Shown: positions 13,288-27,859, counted from the stretch's first letter. The stretch: DNA of 64,000 nucleotides from Paraspadella gotoi (GCA_051294375.1 CM119266.1:23056350-23120349), one strand, 5' to 3'. Notes: generated by a model from the sequence alone, not told the origin. Numbers and translations: made by a program.

Positions 13288-16043
13288 GGATAGAGAATGA
13301 CTGGAATAATGTAAATCTTAAGTTACGTTTAAATTGGCCCATGGGTTTAGAAGAAATCGACCAAAAACAACCAAAATTCCTCTCCCTTTTTTCAACATTC
13401 TAGCCTTTTAAGATTTTCGCCGATTCTGACTTCCTCTTACAAACTTATAATTCCGCTAGTAAATTTTTTTTTTCTTAAACGAGCGAAGGGAATCCACAAC
13501 TTTCTGTTATTTTATGATTTCTGGGTAAAAAATATAATAAATTACATTAACATTGGGATATTATGAAAGTGTAATATCTTATGAAGCCTGTGAGAGTTAA
13601 ATAATTAAAAAAATCGCTTATTTTATTATTGAAAAATAACATCAAAGTGAAGAAGTTGAATGTCTTCCAGCTCCTTTCAGTAAACATCCCTGTTCTCTTC
13701 AATAAGATAATGTTTACTTTTTGCTGGTGGAAAAGAAGGATAAATACTTAGGCTGTGATTGGGTAAATAATATTTTGTAGAATTTTGTAAGCATGCTTGT
13801 AAAATCAGACAAGCAAATATTTAAGTGACAAAAAATTCACATTTTCTTTATCCAAAAAACTTTAAAGTTTTACTAGAGTACAATTTAGCCTTTTTTCTTT
13901 CAGAATCATTAAAAATATTTTAATTTTCATTTATTCTTATGGGGTGTCATTAGTTTTAAAATTCATTATAATTTTGACTTAGTTTGACACTTACCCTGTA
14001 AGGAGGTTTCAGTATAAGTAATTCTAAAATTGTATCTTGTAAGTGCCCTATGATTATGGCTTCATTTTGGTACTATTGCCATCCCTTTATCTTTATTCCT
14101 TCAAAAGATATTAGGAAAAATCAGTTTTTTTTCTCAACCTTCCTTTTAATTTCTTTTTAAATAAAAATTTCGCGATTCAAACCAGACTATTTCATTTAAA
14201 CCTGATCATTTTATGTCAAAATCATTATAAAATGCAAAAAGAAAAATAGGACAAGCTATTCAGACACAAAGCTATCGGAATCGCGAAATTCGAAGTCTCT
14301 CATGTAACAGGAACATATAGCAATCCCGTTTGCAATTTTCAGTTTGTAAACTTTCCCTTTCATTTCTATAGTAAAAATGAGGTTTGAAAATTCTCTGACT
14401 ATGAGGAGTGCATTTCCCCTGGCTTGTTTGATATCAAATCCTTCATCAAATGTGAAAAAACGAATAGGACAAGCTCTTCAGATGTAACGCTATCGGAATC
14501 CTGCGTTTTTACAACTGATTCTACCCGGATTTTTGGCAATCGCGCGTTTGCAATTTGGGTAGTCAGATTTGAACGGAAATCTCTATAAGAAAAATTGAAA
14601 ATGTTGAATCTTTTTTAAATCGAGATTCTCGTCTACATCCGTAGTGATTTAGATTTGTGAGAGAATAAATCATTGAGGCGAAAGAGAAAGTTTGTGCTGC
14701 TCTCGGATGGCACCATTCTTTTGCCGCAACCCAAGGTCGCAGCAACAGACCAGTCGGCGGCGTCTCTTTCTTTGTCTCTTTCTCACAGTATGACATCCTT
14801 CACCCTTTAACATCAGCGTCATTTGCGTCGACCAAATTCGTGCTCCTCTAATTATCTCGACTCTCGGCGATTTTGATCTCTCACGGTCCACAAGGAGCGA
14901 GCGGCGGACATCTTAAGGTCACAAAGAAAATTAGGCCTTATTAGGTCATTCAAATTGAAGAGGAGTGAGAGCAGGGATATCTATATCTATATCTATACTT
15001 TGTACATCGTTTGCCCGTCATATTTTATCCTTTTTTTCTGAATTTTTTTACCTCTTTTCTTTTCTTTTTTTCTTCATTTTTCCTTTGTTCCTTTTTTTTC
15101 TCCTCATCTTTCTCCTCTTCTTTTTTTAAAACTCTGGAGAAGACGGGAAAGAATGAAGCCGAACAGGGAATGAAGAAAATTAAGGAGGCACAACGAAATC
15201 CGAGTTGCCTACGTAAGTAGAGAAAGAGGAAAAGTTTTTAATGAAGCTAATGCGAAGAAAAAGAAAACAGGTTGAGAAAGAAAAGAATGGGAAAGAGAAG
15301 GTCAGAGAGATAAGTCAGGGAGAGAAGCGAGGATGATTGCGCGATGGCGCAGAATATGAGCGAGGAAAGGGTGGCGCTTGGGGGCGTGGTCCCTCGCAAT
15401 CACGCTCCCTCTAAAGACGAAGTTTTTAATTCCTTAGGGAATTTGTTTTACGCAGCCGTGCCATTTTTTATATATAAGTATTTTGTTTATAAACTATAAA
15501 GTTTAAGTTTTTTAAATTTTCAGTAACGTCTAGCGAGCAATCGTATATTTTACATTGAAAAATTTAGTTATTAGTAATTTTTTTTTACGAATTCAAAAAG
15601 ATTTTACCAACAACTTTTTGTCATGAAAAATGTATTATTTTTCAGTGGCCCATCTCTCCAAATCCTTGATCGCATTACATGATCGTATCCCTTGATCGCA
15701 TCCCTTGATCGCACGTACGGTTCGCAAAAAGCAAATACGGTCTTTGGGAGTCGGAAGCCCTCTCCGTCATCGACATCGTCGTCGTTTTCTTCTTCTTCTA
15801 GGTCGTCGTCGTCGTCGTCATGGTCGTCGTCGTCTTCCCCACCCCCTCGTCGGATTAATTCGAGATATCGAATCCATGAATCAGGTTTCGCTAATGGGAA
15901 ATTCATTTCACGACGACGACAGCGAGATAAGCGCAAATGGGAAAAATGGGAAAAAATACTTTCCGGGAAATTTTTTTGAAGGGAACAGTTTGTTGGGAAG
16001 AAGGAGAGGGAAGGAGAGGGAGAGGAAAAAAGTGAAGGAAAAC

Positions 16044-16099
<56 letters not shown>

Positions 16100-16672
16100 T
16101 TGATTTTTTGGGGGACAAGGAGAGTCGGGAGTCAGGAGTCAGGATTGGGTAGTGGGGATTGAGGATTGGGGAGTGGGTAGTGGGGATTGGGGACTCGGGA
16201 GTTGTGGTTGGAGGTGGATCGAGGTTAGTTTAAGTGAGTTGCGATGTGTTGAATCTTTACTAACTTTAATCGTTTACTGAATGACGGACTGACAGCGAGA
16301 ATAAACAAATAATTTTATTGTCCAGAGTCATCAAAAAATAATGCTCAGGTGGAAATTACTAACTAACGTTACTTAACTTCTTGAGGAAAAAGCGTGACTT
16401 CAAAACGAGACGCCTCATCTTAGAATCCAAACACTTTCCGTGTTTTAACTCATCTAACAAAACGGGTGAGGATACCTCACCCTTTCCTCCCACCTCACCC
16501 TAGGCTATCACCCTTTCCTTGTCTGCACGGAGTCGAATTGATCGCTCAAGTAAAAAAAAAAACTTGTGAAGACGAAGATCGGAATTGCAAATGAGGAGGA
16601 ATCCGAGATTCGTTCCCGAATAAAAAGTGGAAAAGGTGGACCGAGAAGTGAACTCGGGGAGCATCCGGGTTT

Positions 16673-16788
<116 letters not shown>

Positions 16789-17422
16789 ATCAGACAGACA
16801 GACGGATACAACGGATACAACGATAGACCGCCGGACAAAAAGTAAAAAGAGAAAATGCAGATACATGTACAGACAGATACTTTCAAAGTATAAGATAGAA
16901 AGAGACAGATAGACGGACAAGGGAAAAGATAAAAAGAGAAACAGATCGACAGACATCCATGAACAGAAAGAGAGACACACAGAAAGGCATCCCGACGAAA
17001 AGAAAAAAAAGATCTATGAAACAAACATACAGGCTAATTCACAAAAATAAAAGTGCGACAATCTAGACAATGTAGAAAGCAAAAAAAAGCCAAAAAAAGC
17101 AAAAAAAGCAAAAAAAATCCCCCCAAAAAAGTCACTTTGGGGTCGCGAGTCGCGAAGATGAACGAAAAGGTTGAGTCTTTTCGTTTTTGTGATGAACCGA
17201 ACTCGAAATTGTTTGTGGAGACAAACGAGAAAAAAAGACAAAGAGGTTTTTTTTCTTTGTCGGAAGATCGAAACGAATGTACCGAGGGCGAGGTTTAATG
17301 CGCACTCGATCCCTAATGGATATAATCGGTTTTTGTTGTAAATCGCTCGTTATATCAAGGTTTATATAAATAGATGCGCGAGTTTTTGTTTTAGTTTACT
17401 AACTTTTTTTTTGTCAGAACGA

Positions 17423-17538
<116 letters not shown>

Positions 17539-18904
17539 CACACTCAAGTCTCTCAGCCTCGCGTTTTTCTCTCCCCTCAGAATTTTTTTTTCTATCCCAA
17601 GGATCCTATCCTTATTCAGTTAAACCCTTCATGGTGTCTCATATCTTCATACATAAATCAGCCATTTACGACTTCGACCCACAATCAGGGGCACAGCGGC
17701 CGACCGGGAGGAGGAGCCGTGGGAGGAGGAGGAGGAGGAGGAGAAAGAGTGGGTGGAGGCGAACAGAGTTATAAGGGAAGGAGGGGGAGGGGCGGAATAG
17801 AGGCGAGAAGAAATTTGGAAGAGGCGAAAAATAAATATTAAAACTCACTGTAAAGTTTTCTTTTTTTTTTTGGTTTAACAAAAACTAAAAATAAGTGTCG
17901 AAAAATGGAAGAGGGTAAATAATATGTTAATCTTTACCGAAGCGTTATACGTAAATACATTTACGAAATAAAACTATTAAGTTATTTTTTTAACCAAACC
18001 CATTAACTCGTTGCCCTCATATCCGTTTCGTGAAAAAGAATTAAACATTTATTTATAAAATTCGAAATCTTAATTCTTTTTCACAATTTTAAACAGTGAA
18101 TCCCGATTTCAAAAATCCTCTCCCCCCCCAACTCTTTCCTCTTTTATTTCTCACTTCGATCGTCACACTTTCATTTTTCCCCACTTTTTTCTTCTTTTTT
18201 TTTTTTTTTTGACTTTCCCTCTCTCCATTTATCTTTCTTTTTCCGTCGACTTTGTCCTCGCTATTCGCCGCCCTTCACCTCCTCACTCGCCACCGCCGCC
18301 GCGGACCCCACCTTCTCCTCCATCACGTCCACCTCCGCTGCAGCCACATCGACCACTGCGCACCGTCGCCCTCTCTCTCTCTGATACGCTGGCTTTTCTA
18401 TCTCCGAATAAAACATCCGAGCTTTAAAATAAATTTCAACATAATTAAGTTTTAAATTTAATAATAAAACTAGTTTTCAGAAACTTTTTTCTCTTCATTC
18501 AATTCTTTCCTATTTATCCTATTTATCCCCTCCTACTAAATTCCCGCGTTTAAAAAAAAATGTTTCCACATATTCTGGCGCCGATTCTGAGTTCTCGTTT
18601 CCTCATTGGTCGATCGGTCTCCGCGAAACTCGTTGCCCGATTGGTCAGACTTTTCTCTCCATTTATCGACAGGAGGATGGATTTTAAATCCCGCAGGATT
18701 TTTAAGTCGCGAACGCGAGCCGTACCAGCATCCTAGGGATCGGGCGGGAGATCGGAGCTCCGGGCATAAAGGAGGTGGAGGCAACAGCGACTGCTGGCGA
18801 TACCAGTTTGCTTGGTTTACAACATTCACCGAATAATCGGCTTTGTTTAAGGCTTCGGCTTCTTTGACTTTAGTAACCTTTAAACGGGGAGTAAAAACAA
18901 CAGA

Positions 18905-19037
18905 TTGCAGGGTCCTGCTTTGTTATTATCTTGTAAGAAGGATTGAGGACTTAAACCATAGCCGGTCCAAAGTCCGGGGCAAGATTGCTTTATAATTTAT
19001 CATTTATTATAATTTTATATTGTTTGTACCAATTTCA
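18905..19037 (+). mobile_element. Diverged family A copy
   Basis: TATCTTGTAAG...GCCGGTCCAAAGTCCGGGGCAAGAT...TTGTACCAATTTCA; P4 reads CCGG/CCGG instead of CCTG/CAGG. Confidence 0.65.
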
Positions 19038-20121
19038 CAGCGGGACTAAAAAGTATCGTTTATTTTGGAGTCTCGAACCGAGCGGAACAATAATAATGTG
19101 TGACTATAAATAAATACGTTTCGATCTGGATAAAATGTATTGAACTTTATATATTTTAAAAAACTGGTCGTTGTAAATCTTTGAACTCCCCTTTTTAATA
19201 TTAAAATTTGTACTCAGCAAATCGAATCTAAAACATTTCTGCCCAGCTAAACCTGTGCAGTTAAATCTTCATAATCATCTTTTTTTTTTTAAATTTCAAA
19301 CAAACATCTTTCATCTTTCTTTCATCACTTGAATTTACATAATCGTAGCGATTTTTCTTCTTTTTTTTTTATGACGCTATTTCTCGCTTTTCTCGTCTTT
19401 GACAGCGAAAGAGAAAAAATATAAGGATTTCGTCACCATTAACCATCAACAGAACTATCAATTTCGAGACGATTCGAGACGCCTAACTTTCAAAGTTTAA
19501 AAAAGTTTTTTTTTTTCAGTGAAATTGTCGAAAAAACGCATTTTTTAGCAATCTCCCCGGTTTTTTTTTTTCGAAATTCAAACCGGGGTAAGGGAGAAAG
19601 AGTGAAGGCGGAGAGAGTTAAAAGAGAGAAAGAGGCGGGGGTGGCGGTCTCAGTTTGATTTTGAGTCGAAAAAATGATTAATACATCCGCTTGAAAGTGT
19701 TTACACACTTGTCTCTTCGGCGCCTTCGGAACCCTCTGCCTATATTTTTTTATAAAAAAGATAAATTAGAAACAATGAATAACGTCATGAATATATCTAT
19801 GAGAGATACGGACACAGAAAAACGGAAATAAATGAAATAAACAAAAATTGTTAAACATTTCAAAAATGACCCCAGTTTAAATCTCGTTAAACTACAATTT
19901 TATTTAGTCTGTTTCAATATTGGACTCGGTTGAATGTTCTTTTTTTTTCTCCGGAGATAAACATTGCATCACGACCTCTTTCTCAAAAATGAACAAAAGA
20001 GGAAAAAAGTCCCTCGAAAAACCAACAAATAAACTTTTAATAATAAATATCTCGCAAAACAGAATTAGGTGAGAGAATTATTGGCGATTAAATTCAGGAA
20101 AAGAGAGATAGAGAGAGAGAG

Positions 20122-20157
<36 letters not shown>

Positions 20158-20316
20158 AGGAGAGAAGAGAAGAGAAGAGAGAATTTACAACCCTCCCGAA
20201 ATTTTCGGAATCCTGGTTTGGAGTTTGCCCGACCATCGGGCCGGCAGAGAATCAGGCCGGCGGATCGAAAGACCGGCAACCAAAGACAAACAGGCGGTTG
20301 AGGTGACAGCGGTGGC

Positions 20317-20358
<42 letters not shown>

Positions 20359-20904
20359 CGGCCTGTCCGCGACTCGGAGCGACAATCGACGAACAATTGG
20401 CGGCCACTAAATTTTACGACTCGCCCATAGCTGTCACGTTTTACGGCGCACTCGTTAGCGTCGGTTATATGCTTTATGGGGGTGGCGTTTCGGGGTCTTG
20501 GATGGTGGAAACGATGGTGGTGCGGGTGGTGGTAGTGGTTGTGGTGGTTGTCGGTACTGGCGGTGGAGACGAAGACGAGAATCGGGTCAGGAAGATATTA
20601 AAAAGCTGTTGTATTTTATCGCTGGAGATTTTGGGACTAAAAATAGCAGAGATGGAACTTGGTGTCGATCTTTGAAACATCGTGGATCACGCGTGAAGCG
20701 AAGATGCCGAAGAGATGGGAGAGGTGAAAACTAAAACAAACAATTTGAAATCTTCAAAGCTTAATTTCTAATACTCATAGTTTGTCTATCATAATTTTAT
20801 AGGATTTCTTTAGTTTGTGACGCCGCACATTCCCCCTCAGGTTTTTCTATCTTCCTCCATTTCTTGCTTAAATTTCTAACCGTTTCAGATCAACAATCAC
20901 AATT

Positions 20905-21017
20905 ACTTGTAAGAGTGATGGAGGCCTTAAACCACCAAAGCCTGTCCAAAGTCAGGGGAAAGATAGCTTATTTATTAAATGAATGGATAATTTTTATATT
21001 GGTTGCACCAATTTCAT
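20905..21017 (+). mobile_element. 5'-truncated family A copy with intact twister core
   Basis: Core 20907-20958 is identical to the 29.4-kb copy; the P5 stem is degraded. Confidence 0.75.
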
Positions 21018-22613
21018 ATTTTCAATCCTATCAAACGCTTCTATCACATCTCTACAAGTCGATGCTCCCATCTGTTCTATATCCGTCTCTCTACACATCT
21101 CTTCTACAGTTTTCTCGCCTCCCGCTCTTCCTTCAGTTTCGTCCTCTTCCTCTTCCTCCTCTTCCCCGCCATTTTGCGCCGCCGACGTGTTCCGAGAAAC
21201 GGGAAATCCAGAATGAGGACGAGGAGGAGGAGGGGAGGGAGAGGAGGAGGAGATGAGGAGGAAAAAGCGCGGGGGGAAAAGGAAAACGTGAGGGAAAAAG
21301 TGGACCGATGGTGGATAAAGGAAGGAATTGGAGATGGGAGGAAATTAAGGAGAAGTACGTGAGAAAGGAATGAGAAAGGAAAATAATATAATCAACTGTA
21401 AAACAGACAATTTTTTTTTTAATGGGGTAAAAAAGGAATGAGAATGAAAACGTCGAAAAAATGAAGAAAATATGTATAAATAAATCTTGTAATAGGAATA
21501 AAGTCGTCGAAATTTATGAATATATGAATAGACATTGTAATAAAAAATAAATACTATTAGAAAATTCTTAGGGGAGAAATAAAGTCATGGGGAAAAACGA
21601 TGCATGGAGGTTGGAGAGTGAACGAAAAAATTCTTAGTTATCAAATAGTGAATATAAAAGGTTAACGGTTTCGTCTGTGTTTTACCTCTGAGAACATTGA
21701 TAAGCTATGTAACATTTATTTCAGTCTTTCACTCTTCTTATATTATCGAATAATTTGCCTTTAATATTTTAGATTCAAAAAAAAATATTTTGTAATATTC
21801 AGTACTAGTCAAAAATAGAAAGGTTAAAGCCGGAAAAAAAATTCATGTGGGACTTTAAAATGCCGTTATCGACGTTGCCACACTATTATAATCTCTCCTC
21901 ATTGGCTGACCGTTTGAATGAGGCTGCTTTTCTATTGGTCCGTGGTGTCTATGGAGAAGCGTGAAGGAGCCAATGGCGTCGGGTGGCACGATGATGAATG
22001 CCGGATTCTCCATAAACCTGTCAGAGGGCGTCAGGACTGCCCATATATCACGCGACAGCGATGCAGCGGCGAGGCGCGGCATCGCTGCGGTCGAAAGAGA
22101 AAAAGAAAGAAAAAGAGGAAGAAGAAAGGGAAAAAGGAAGGCTGAGGCAATGTTATTAGCGAAAAAATTTTACCACTGCAATTTAAGCTTTTATTGTATA
22201 TTTGTAGGGAAAGAATATTTTAAAAATAAAAACGCTTCGCGCAATTAATTTGTAACATTAATAGTGGCAGGGTTAATTTACTTCTTTTGCCCCTTGTTTT
22301 CTTTTTTGTTTCCGATTTGTAAGAAGCGACATCTTACATTGAAAAAAAAATTATGAGCAAAATTTAAACAAATGCACAGTTTATATAATGATTCGAGAAG
22401 ATTTTATTGATTATATTCTACTTTCTAGCAGTCGTTTCTAAAAATTAATGTAAATTTTATTCTAAACTTGAATCAAAATTCAAAATAAAAATATCAATAT
22501 AGTTTAAAATATTGTAATTGTCGCAATTATAAAATGCATCCGACAAAATGAAATGTAAGTCTTTTACAGACTAATACGCGAAGTTTAATCTATGGCGAAA
22601 GAAAGAAAGAAGT

Positions 22614-23429
22614 TCAACGCGAATGCCCATTGGGGCAATTGACATTTTTGGGCCAATCGCAGTTATTGGTTTTGGAGTTGAAGAGAAGACCCCGAGGGCA
22701 GTCGAAGAAGATCGGGGTGTCGCCGTCGCATTGATAGTATCGACGACAGTCCGTTGGGTCGGGTCTCACCTGAGTGATTGAAAAAGAAAAACGGGTGAGG
22801 GAATGCAAGGGTGGAATTAGTAAAAGAGTCCCTTACCCTCGTCCCAACAGAGTCTTCCTTACCTTTCCATCTCTGCACTCGACGGGATCTGGGATGAAAA
22901 GATCGGGCGGCGGGTCGGGCGTCCCGAACAATCCAGAGTTGATCGCCGTCAAGATCGGATATCTTCCTTGACCGCAGTAACCTGGACGGGAGTATTTTTA
23001 ATAAATTTAACTATTTTTTTGTTTTTCCTTAACTTTCTTTTCTTTTCTTTCTATTCTTTCTTTTCTTTCTTTTCTTTCCTTCTTTCTTTCCTTTCTTAGC
23101 TTTAAAACAAAGATTAAACAAATTAACCAAAAAAATTGGAAGCATTACAAAATATGAATCAATACAAATAGTGAAGAGTTTACTTTAAAAAAAAATCGCT
23201 AAAAAAAAAGAAAAAACTAAAAGTTACAAGTCGAACATAAATAATGCGACTCTCGCACCCCTAAAGTCGTCGAGGTCCATGCTCCAAATCATTCCGCCCG
23301 CGTATCCGTTATTCTTGATCCAGTCGGTCTTGTAGACGACAGATTTGGGGTCATCGAATCCCACCCACTTTGTGTCCATGTAGGCGTAGTTCGACTTGGC
23401 CTCTTCGTCGAACACCTGTTGGCGAGGAA

Positions 23430-23520
<91 letters not shown>

Positions 23521-25878
23521 AGAGAGAGAGAGAGAGAGAGAGATTGAAACAAAGGCATGTAAAAGAACGCTTCGACGAGCTGGTGCGGGGCATACCTTGG
23601 TCCAACCGTTCCTCAGATTGCGACACGTCTCGTAGTAAGCAAAGTATCCCGTAACGTCCACGTATTCGCCTACGAGATGAGGAGGCCGTAAAAGTGAACA
23701 AGAAAAGAACTCAAGGTAAGTTCTCCCCACCCGCAGGTCCGCTGCCGAATCCCGTAGTCGGGTCGTTGATCCCGTGCTGGTTCGGATCGATGAGGTAGAA
23801 CCCACGTCCGTAGGTCCCCATCCCGATGGCCAGACGTTCCTTGGGAAAACCGCGGGACACGAACCTGATTTTAAAAGAGAAAGGAGGTGAGAAAGGCGTC
23901 TTAGATATTAGAAATCTTAGATATATCTTATATATATCTTATATAATATATATACATAGATGTAATCGTTACCAATTGGCAGCGTGCTCCACATTCATTA
24001 TCCTTTTGTTCCCAGTGTCCGCAGCGTGGGGATGCAGAGCCACGTGGATTCCTGGTACAAGAAAATCTTCGATTTTATGTCACGGACTTTTCTTACCAAA
24101 TTTTAATAAAGATTGTTAATGATTATGTATTTTTATTATTGGTTTTCAAGCCTTTATGACTTTTTTATGGCTTTTTTATAAATCCCTTTGTACTTCAAAT
24201 TCAATTCCTGATCTTTCATTCCCTTCTTTTAAATCTTTAATAACTGTTTCCACCCAATCAAATCCCCAGCCTTACCGGTGGTCGGCTCCCACACCAGCAT
24301 GTCGTAAGTCATGAGCATCAAGTAGTCCAGCGTCTTATTCAGCCCCGGGACGTCGTAGGCGGGTTCGGCGATGTACTCGACGGCGGATGTGGCGGCTGTG
24401 AGGAGAAGGCGCTCCTTGTGGTCGGGGCAATCCTCTTTCATGAAGACGTCGCGGATTCGCTGATGATTAAGGATGTGTAAGAGTGTGTCAGTGAGAAAGA
24501 TCGAGAGACTTACCTACGAATGACCTCACCTGCAGACAAGGAATGAACCTTTTCTTGTCTTCTGCAACCGAGCCGCGTGGCAGATATCCCGGAAACTCCC
24601 AGTCCATGTCGAGACCTAAAAATAATTGGAAGTTTACAATCAAAGGTTACAAAAAAAGTTAACAATCAATTTTTAAAACATATATTTTATCTTTATTTTA
24701 TCATTTAAGATATGAGTATAAAATAGTAATAAATACGTTTTTTTTTTTAAATTAATTTGTCATTAATATTAAGTAGATAAAATTACTTATATGACTCACC
24801 ATCGAATCCGTGCTGTCGCAGAAAAGTGACCGTCGTTTTGGCAAAATGATCAGTGTTCTCGGGATATTTGCACAAGTTTGTGAAGTTGATATTTTCGTGT
24901 TCCCAACCGCCGAGAGAGATGAGCGTTTTCAGCTTCGGGTTCGTCTTCTTGTGATCCTGAAGAAAAAGAGAAAAGTTTATGAAGTTAAACGGTTATATAA
25001 TAGGTCAGATGGAACCATTTCGAACAGAGATCGGGTTTTTTATTCTTGGATTTTATTTTTGGAGAAGTCTACTTGACTACATCAGACTAATATATGACAT
25101 GACATATATAACATATGATGGGTGATATCTATTAGAAAACTAGGACAGATAGTAATCTAACCTTGTGTTGTATAGATGCTCCCTCTATTTCCAGAAGATA
25201 ACACTGACTTCCTCTTCCCAAATTGAATTATTAGATAAATATAACATTTTTAAGAAAGAAAGAAATATATATTTGATTAAATAATATAGATTAAAAACTA
25301 AATCCTTCATAAAATATAAAAATAGAAAATAGTGAAACAAGTAATTTACAAATTTTCATATATGTCTTCACCTGCAGCACTTCGTAGTATCCCTTGTAGT
25401 CATTGTGAGAGAGTTCGATAGACGGCTCGAAAGGCGCCAACTCAAAGTGTTCGTTCATATCCACGAACGCGTACATGATGTGCGTGCAGAGACGCGGGTC
25501 GATGTCCGCGGGTCCGAACTTACCGATCCCGTGACGGTGACGGGCCAGCGTCGCGAAGTAACACACCATCATCAGATCTGGCGTAGAGAAGATTATTGAG
25601 TTGATTGCAAGAGATAGCAAGTTTGAAGGTGTGAAAATATTCTTAAAACTGTAGAAGACGAAAACACAATGACAAAAAATGTTCAAGATTCCAAATGTAC
25701 TCACCTTTCTTTTCCGTCATCTGAGTAGTTTGAAAAAAAAAAATCAGAAGATTTGTTTTATTTCAATTCGAAATAGGTACAATGTAATTGTTGCCAATAG
25801 TTAAGTTCACGTTACCTTGCTAGGAGCTCCAGTGACGAGACCCAGCACCGTGGCCAACAAAACGATTTTTAGCAACAT
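22614..25878 (-). CDS. Secreted GH18 chitinase with C-terminal chitin-binding type-2 (CBM14) domain, ~476 aa, 12 coding exons
   Basis: Phase-consistent GT-AG exons: 25878-25816, 25720-25705, 25577-25372, 24956-24800, 24615-24530, 24459-24276, 24051-23973, 23864-23731, 23669-23596, 23415-23259, 22981-22863, 22769-22614. Signal peptide MLLKIVLLATVLGLVTG; motifs LCTHIMYAF, KTLISLGGW, intact catalytic FDGLDMDWEFP (DxxDxDxE), MTYD, YGRGF, WVGFDD, GGMIWSMDLDDF; Pro-rich linker; six-Cys CBM14. Confidence 0.95.
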
Positions 25879-25996
25879 TTTCCTCTAAATAAACGAATTT
25901 AAAATATAGGATATATAGATTTTGGTTCTGATGTACTTCGGGATGAGTCCCGCAGAATTCCTCTTTCCAACAAGAATTCCACGACGTCCACCCCCG

Positions 25997-26004
25997 ATTT
26001 TATA
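25997..26004 (-). promoter_or_regulatory. Probable TATA box of the chitinase gene
   Basis: TATAAAA on the minus strand, ~120 nt upstream of the ATG, with a plausible short 5'-UTR exon and intron (donor near 25936, acceptor TTTAG near 25886) in between. Confidence 0.45.
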
Positions 26005-27625
26005 CTCAATTGGGATGAGAGTTGAGAATCGAATCTCTGACGTCGCAGGCGTTGAGGTTGGAGCTATTTACCTCACGTCGGAAAGAAGAAAGAGAAACCA
26101 TCTGGAAAAAGACTCTCGTCTTCTCAAACTTCGACCGAAATCCATAAAACCGGTCGACTTATGTCCAATAAAATGACCCCCCGACCCCGAGAACATAGTC
26201 TTGTTGACCTGTCGTTGTTATTTCGGTCTAGGATTTCTGATTGATTAGTCACGTGATAAACAATAAAAAGTCACGTGATCCTGTATACGTGACGCCGCAT
26301 CTGGATCGATGCCTTTCAAAAAATAAGGCTCTTTTTGTTCTTGAGATAAGATAGGTATTTTAAAATTGGCTTTCGATTGGCACTTGAAATTTAAAAAAAA
26401 AATATCCCGCGAATAGAACTAAGGGTCTTCGAACACAAGTTGACACAAGTTGTGTTACTTCCTTAAACAAATTCTAAACGTCGTCAGGCTGCATCCACGA
26501 CATTTTTCGCTTTTAATATTTTTAAAACTTTTTTTCCCGAAGTTAAAAGGTCGGGATGAAAAAAAAAAGTTTTTAAACGAAAGGAAGTCACAACGAAATT
26601 GCAGAAATTAAGACGGCAAAAGGGCAAACATTGTCACATGCCGCTAAATACACGGTGGAGACCGAGGAACATTCTGTTGACGGTGGGGGATCTTCGATAT
26701 TGTTGACTTTGTTGTTAAATTTAACTTTTTATCTTTTCCCAATTCACGACATCTTTATCCCCTCCACCTGATTTTGTTAGCTCCATCACCATCAAAATGG
26801 ACGAAGACATGAATCCCCGACATCCGGGTCAGAAATTAGAATTTCGATTATAAAAAAAAACACTGGTAGGCCCGGCTGTATAGGAGTTCTTTACTGCTTT
26901 TGTCCCGTAAGGTATATATTGTTGGTATATGGGAGTAAACCAAGATTGGAGGAAATGCTATCGTAAAAAAATGGTTGCAGTTAAAAACTTTAAAAATGAA
27001 AATATTTCGTTGTAGGTTGTTTTTTAATTATCAATAAACGAGATAATCGGACTAATGCGGGCGCCAAAAGAGAAGACGAAAATTGAAGTTTTTTTTTTTC
27101 CTTTATTGTTCAACTAAAAATACAGCTTTATTGTAACTGATCTTTTTATTTGATAAATATTGAACCTAATTTATTACTTCGATTTACAAAAGAAAAAAAA
27201 CTGAATATTCAATTTCGGTGGTTTATTTCAAAACCGGATTAAATAAGTGAAACCATTCGTGTTAAATAATAAATATTTTTTTACAATCCGCTGCCGGAGT
27301 TCACTGAATTGAGTCCTGAATTTATAAAAAACGTCTATTATTACAAATAGAATTTCAGAAACGATTTTTTTTTCTCTGATTATAAACTAGTGACAAAAAA
27401 AAAAAAAACAACTAAAAATTAAACAGAAAAAAAAAAGTTTTCAAAAAAACGTCTCCCTAATTTGACGCGGTTGACGATTACGCGCGACGGAGTTCCGCAG
27501 TGATCGTCGTCGTTTTGGCCAAAGTCACCTTCCTCCATCCCGACCTCCCACCTCCCCCCCCTTTTTTTTCATTCCACTTCTCCTCGTCAACCTCCATCAA
27601 CTCTTTCCTCCTCCTCTTCCTCCCC

Positions 27626-27859
27626 CTACTTCTCCTCCTTGTCTTCCTTCAGATCCTCGGCCGTCGGCTTCCACGTTTTCTCCTGCGTCTCGGCCGGCTT
27701 GAGTTTCGCCTTGGGGTCGCCCTTGCCGACGGTGGCGAGGACCATGTCGTGGCAGGAGACGCGAGACTTGTCGTCCACCGTCGCCTTCTTGAGAGAGGCG
27801 TGGTCGTGCGACTCGATCTCCGACTTTATCGAATCAGAAAGGGCGTTGGTTTCCGACAT
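27626..27859 (-). CDS. Small actin-binding protein with two beta-thymosin/WH2 repeats (77 aa; multirepeat thymosin / actobindin-like)
   Basis: ATG directly follows a CAG acceptor. MSETNALSDSIKSEIESHDHASLKKATVDDKS...KGDPKAKLKPAETQEKTWKPTAEDLKEDKEEK resembles the thymosin [25 protein letters not shown] pattern twice. Upstream donor GTAAGT at 28243-28238 and TATAAA near 28533 suggest a non-coding first exon. Confidence 0.85.
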   Translation of the reverse strand: MSETNALSDSIKSEIESHDHASLKKATVDDKSRVSCHDMVLATVGKGDPKAKLKPAETQEKTWKPTAEDLKEDKEEK

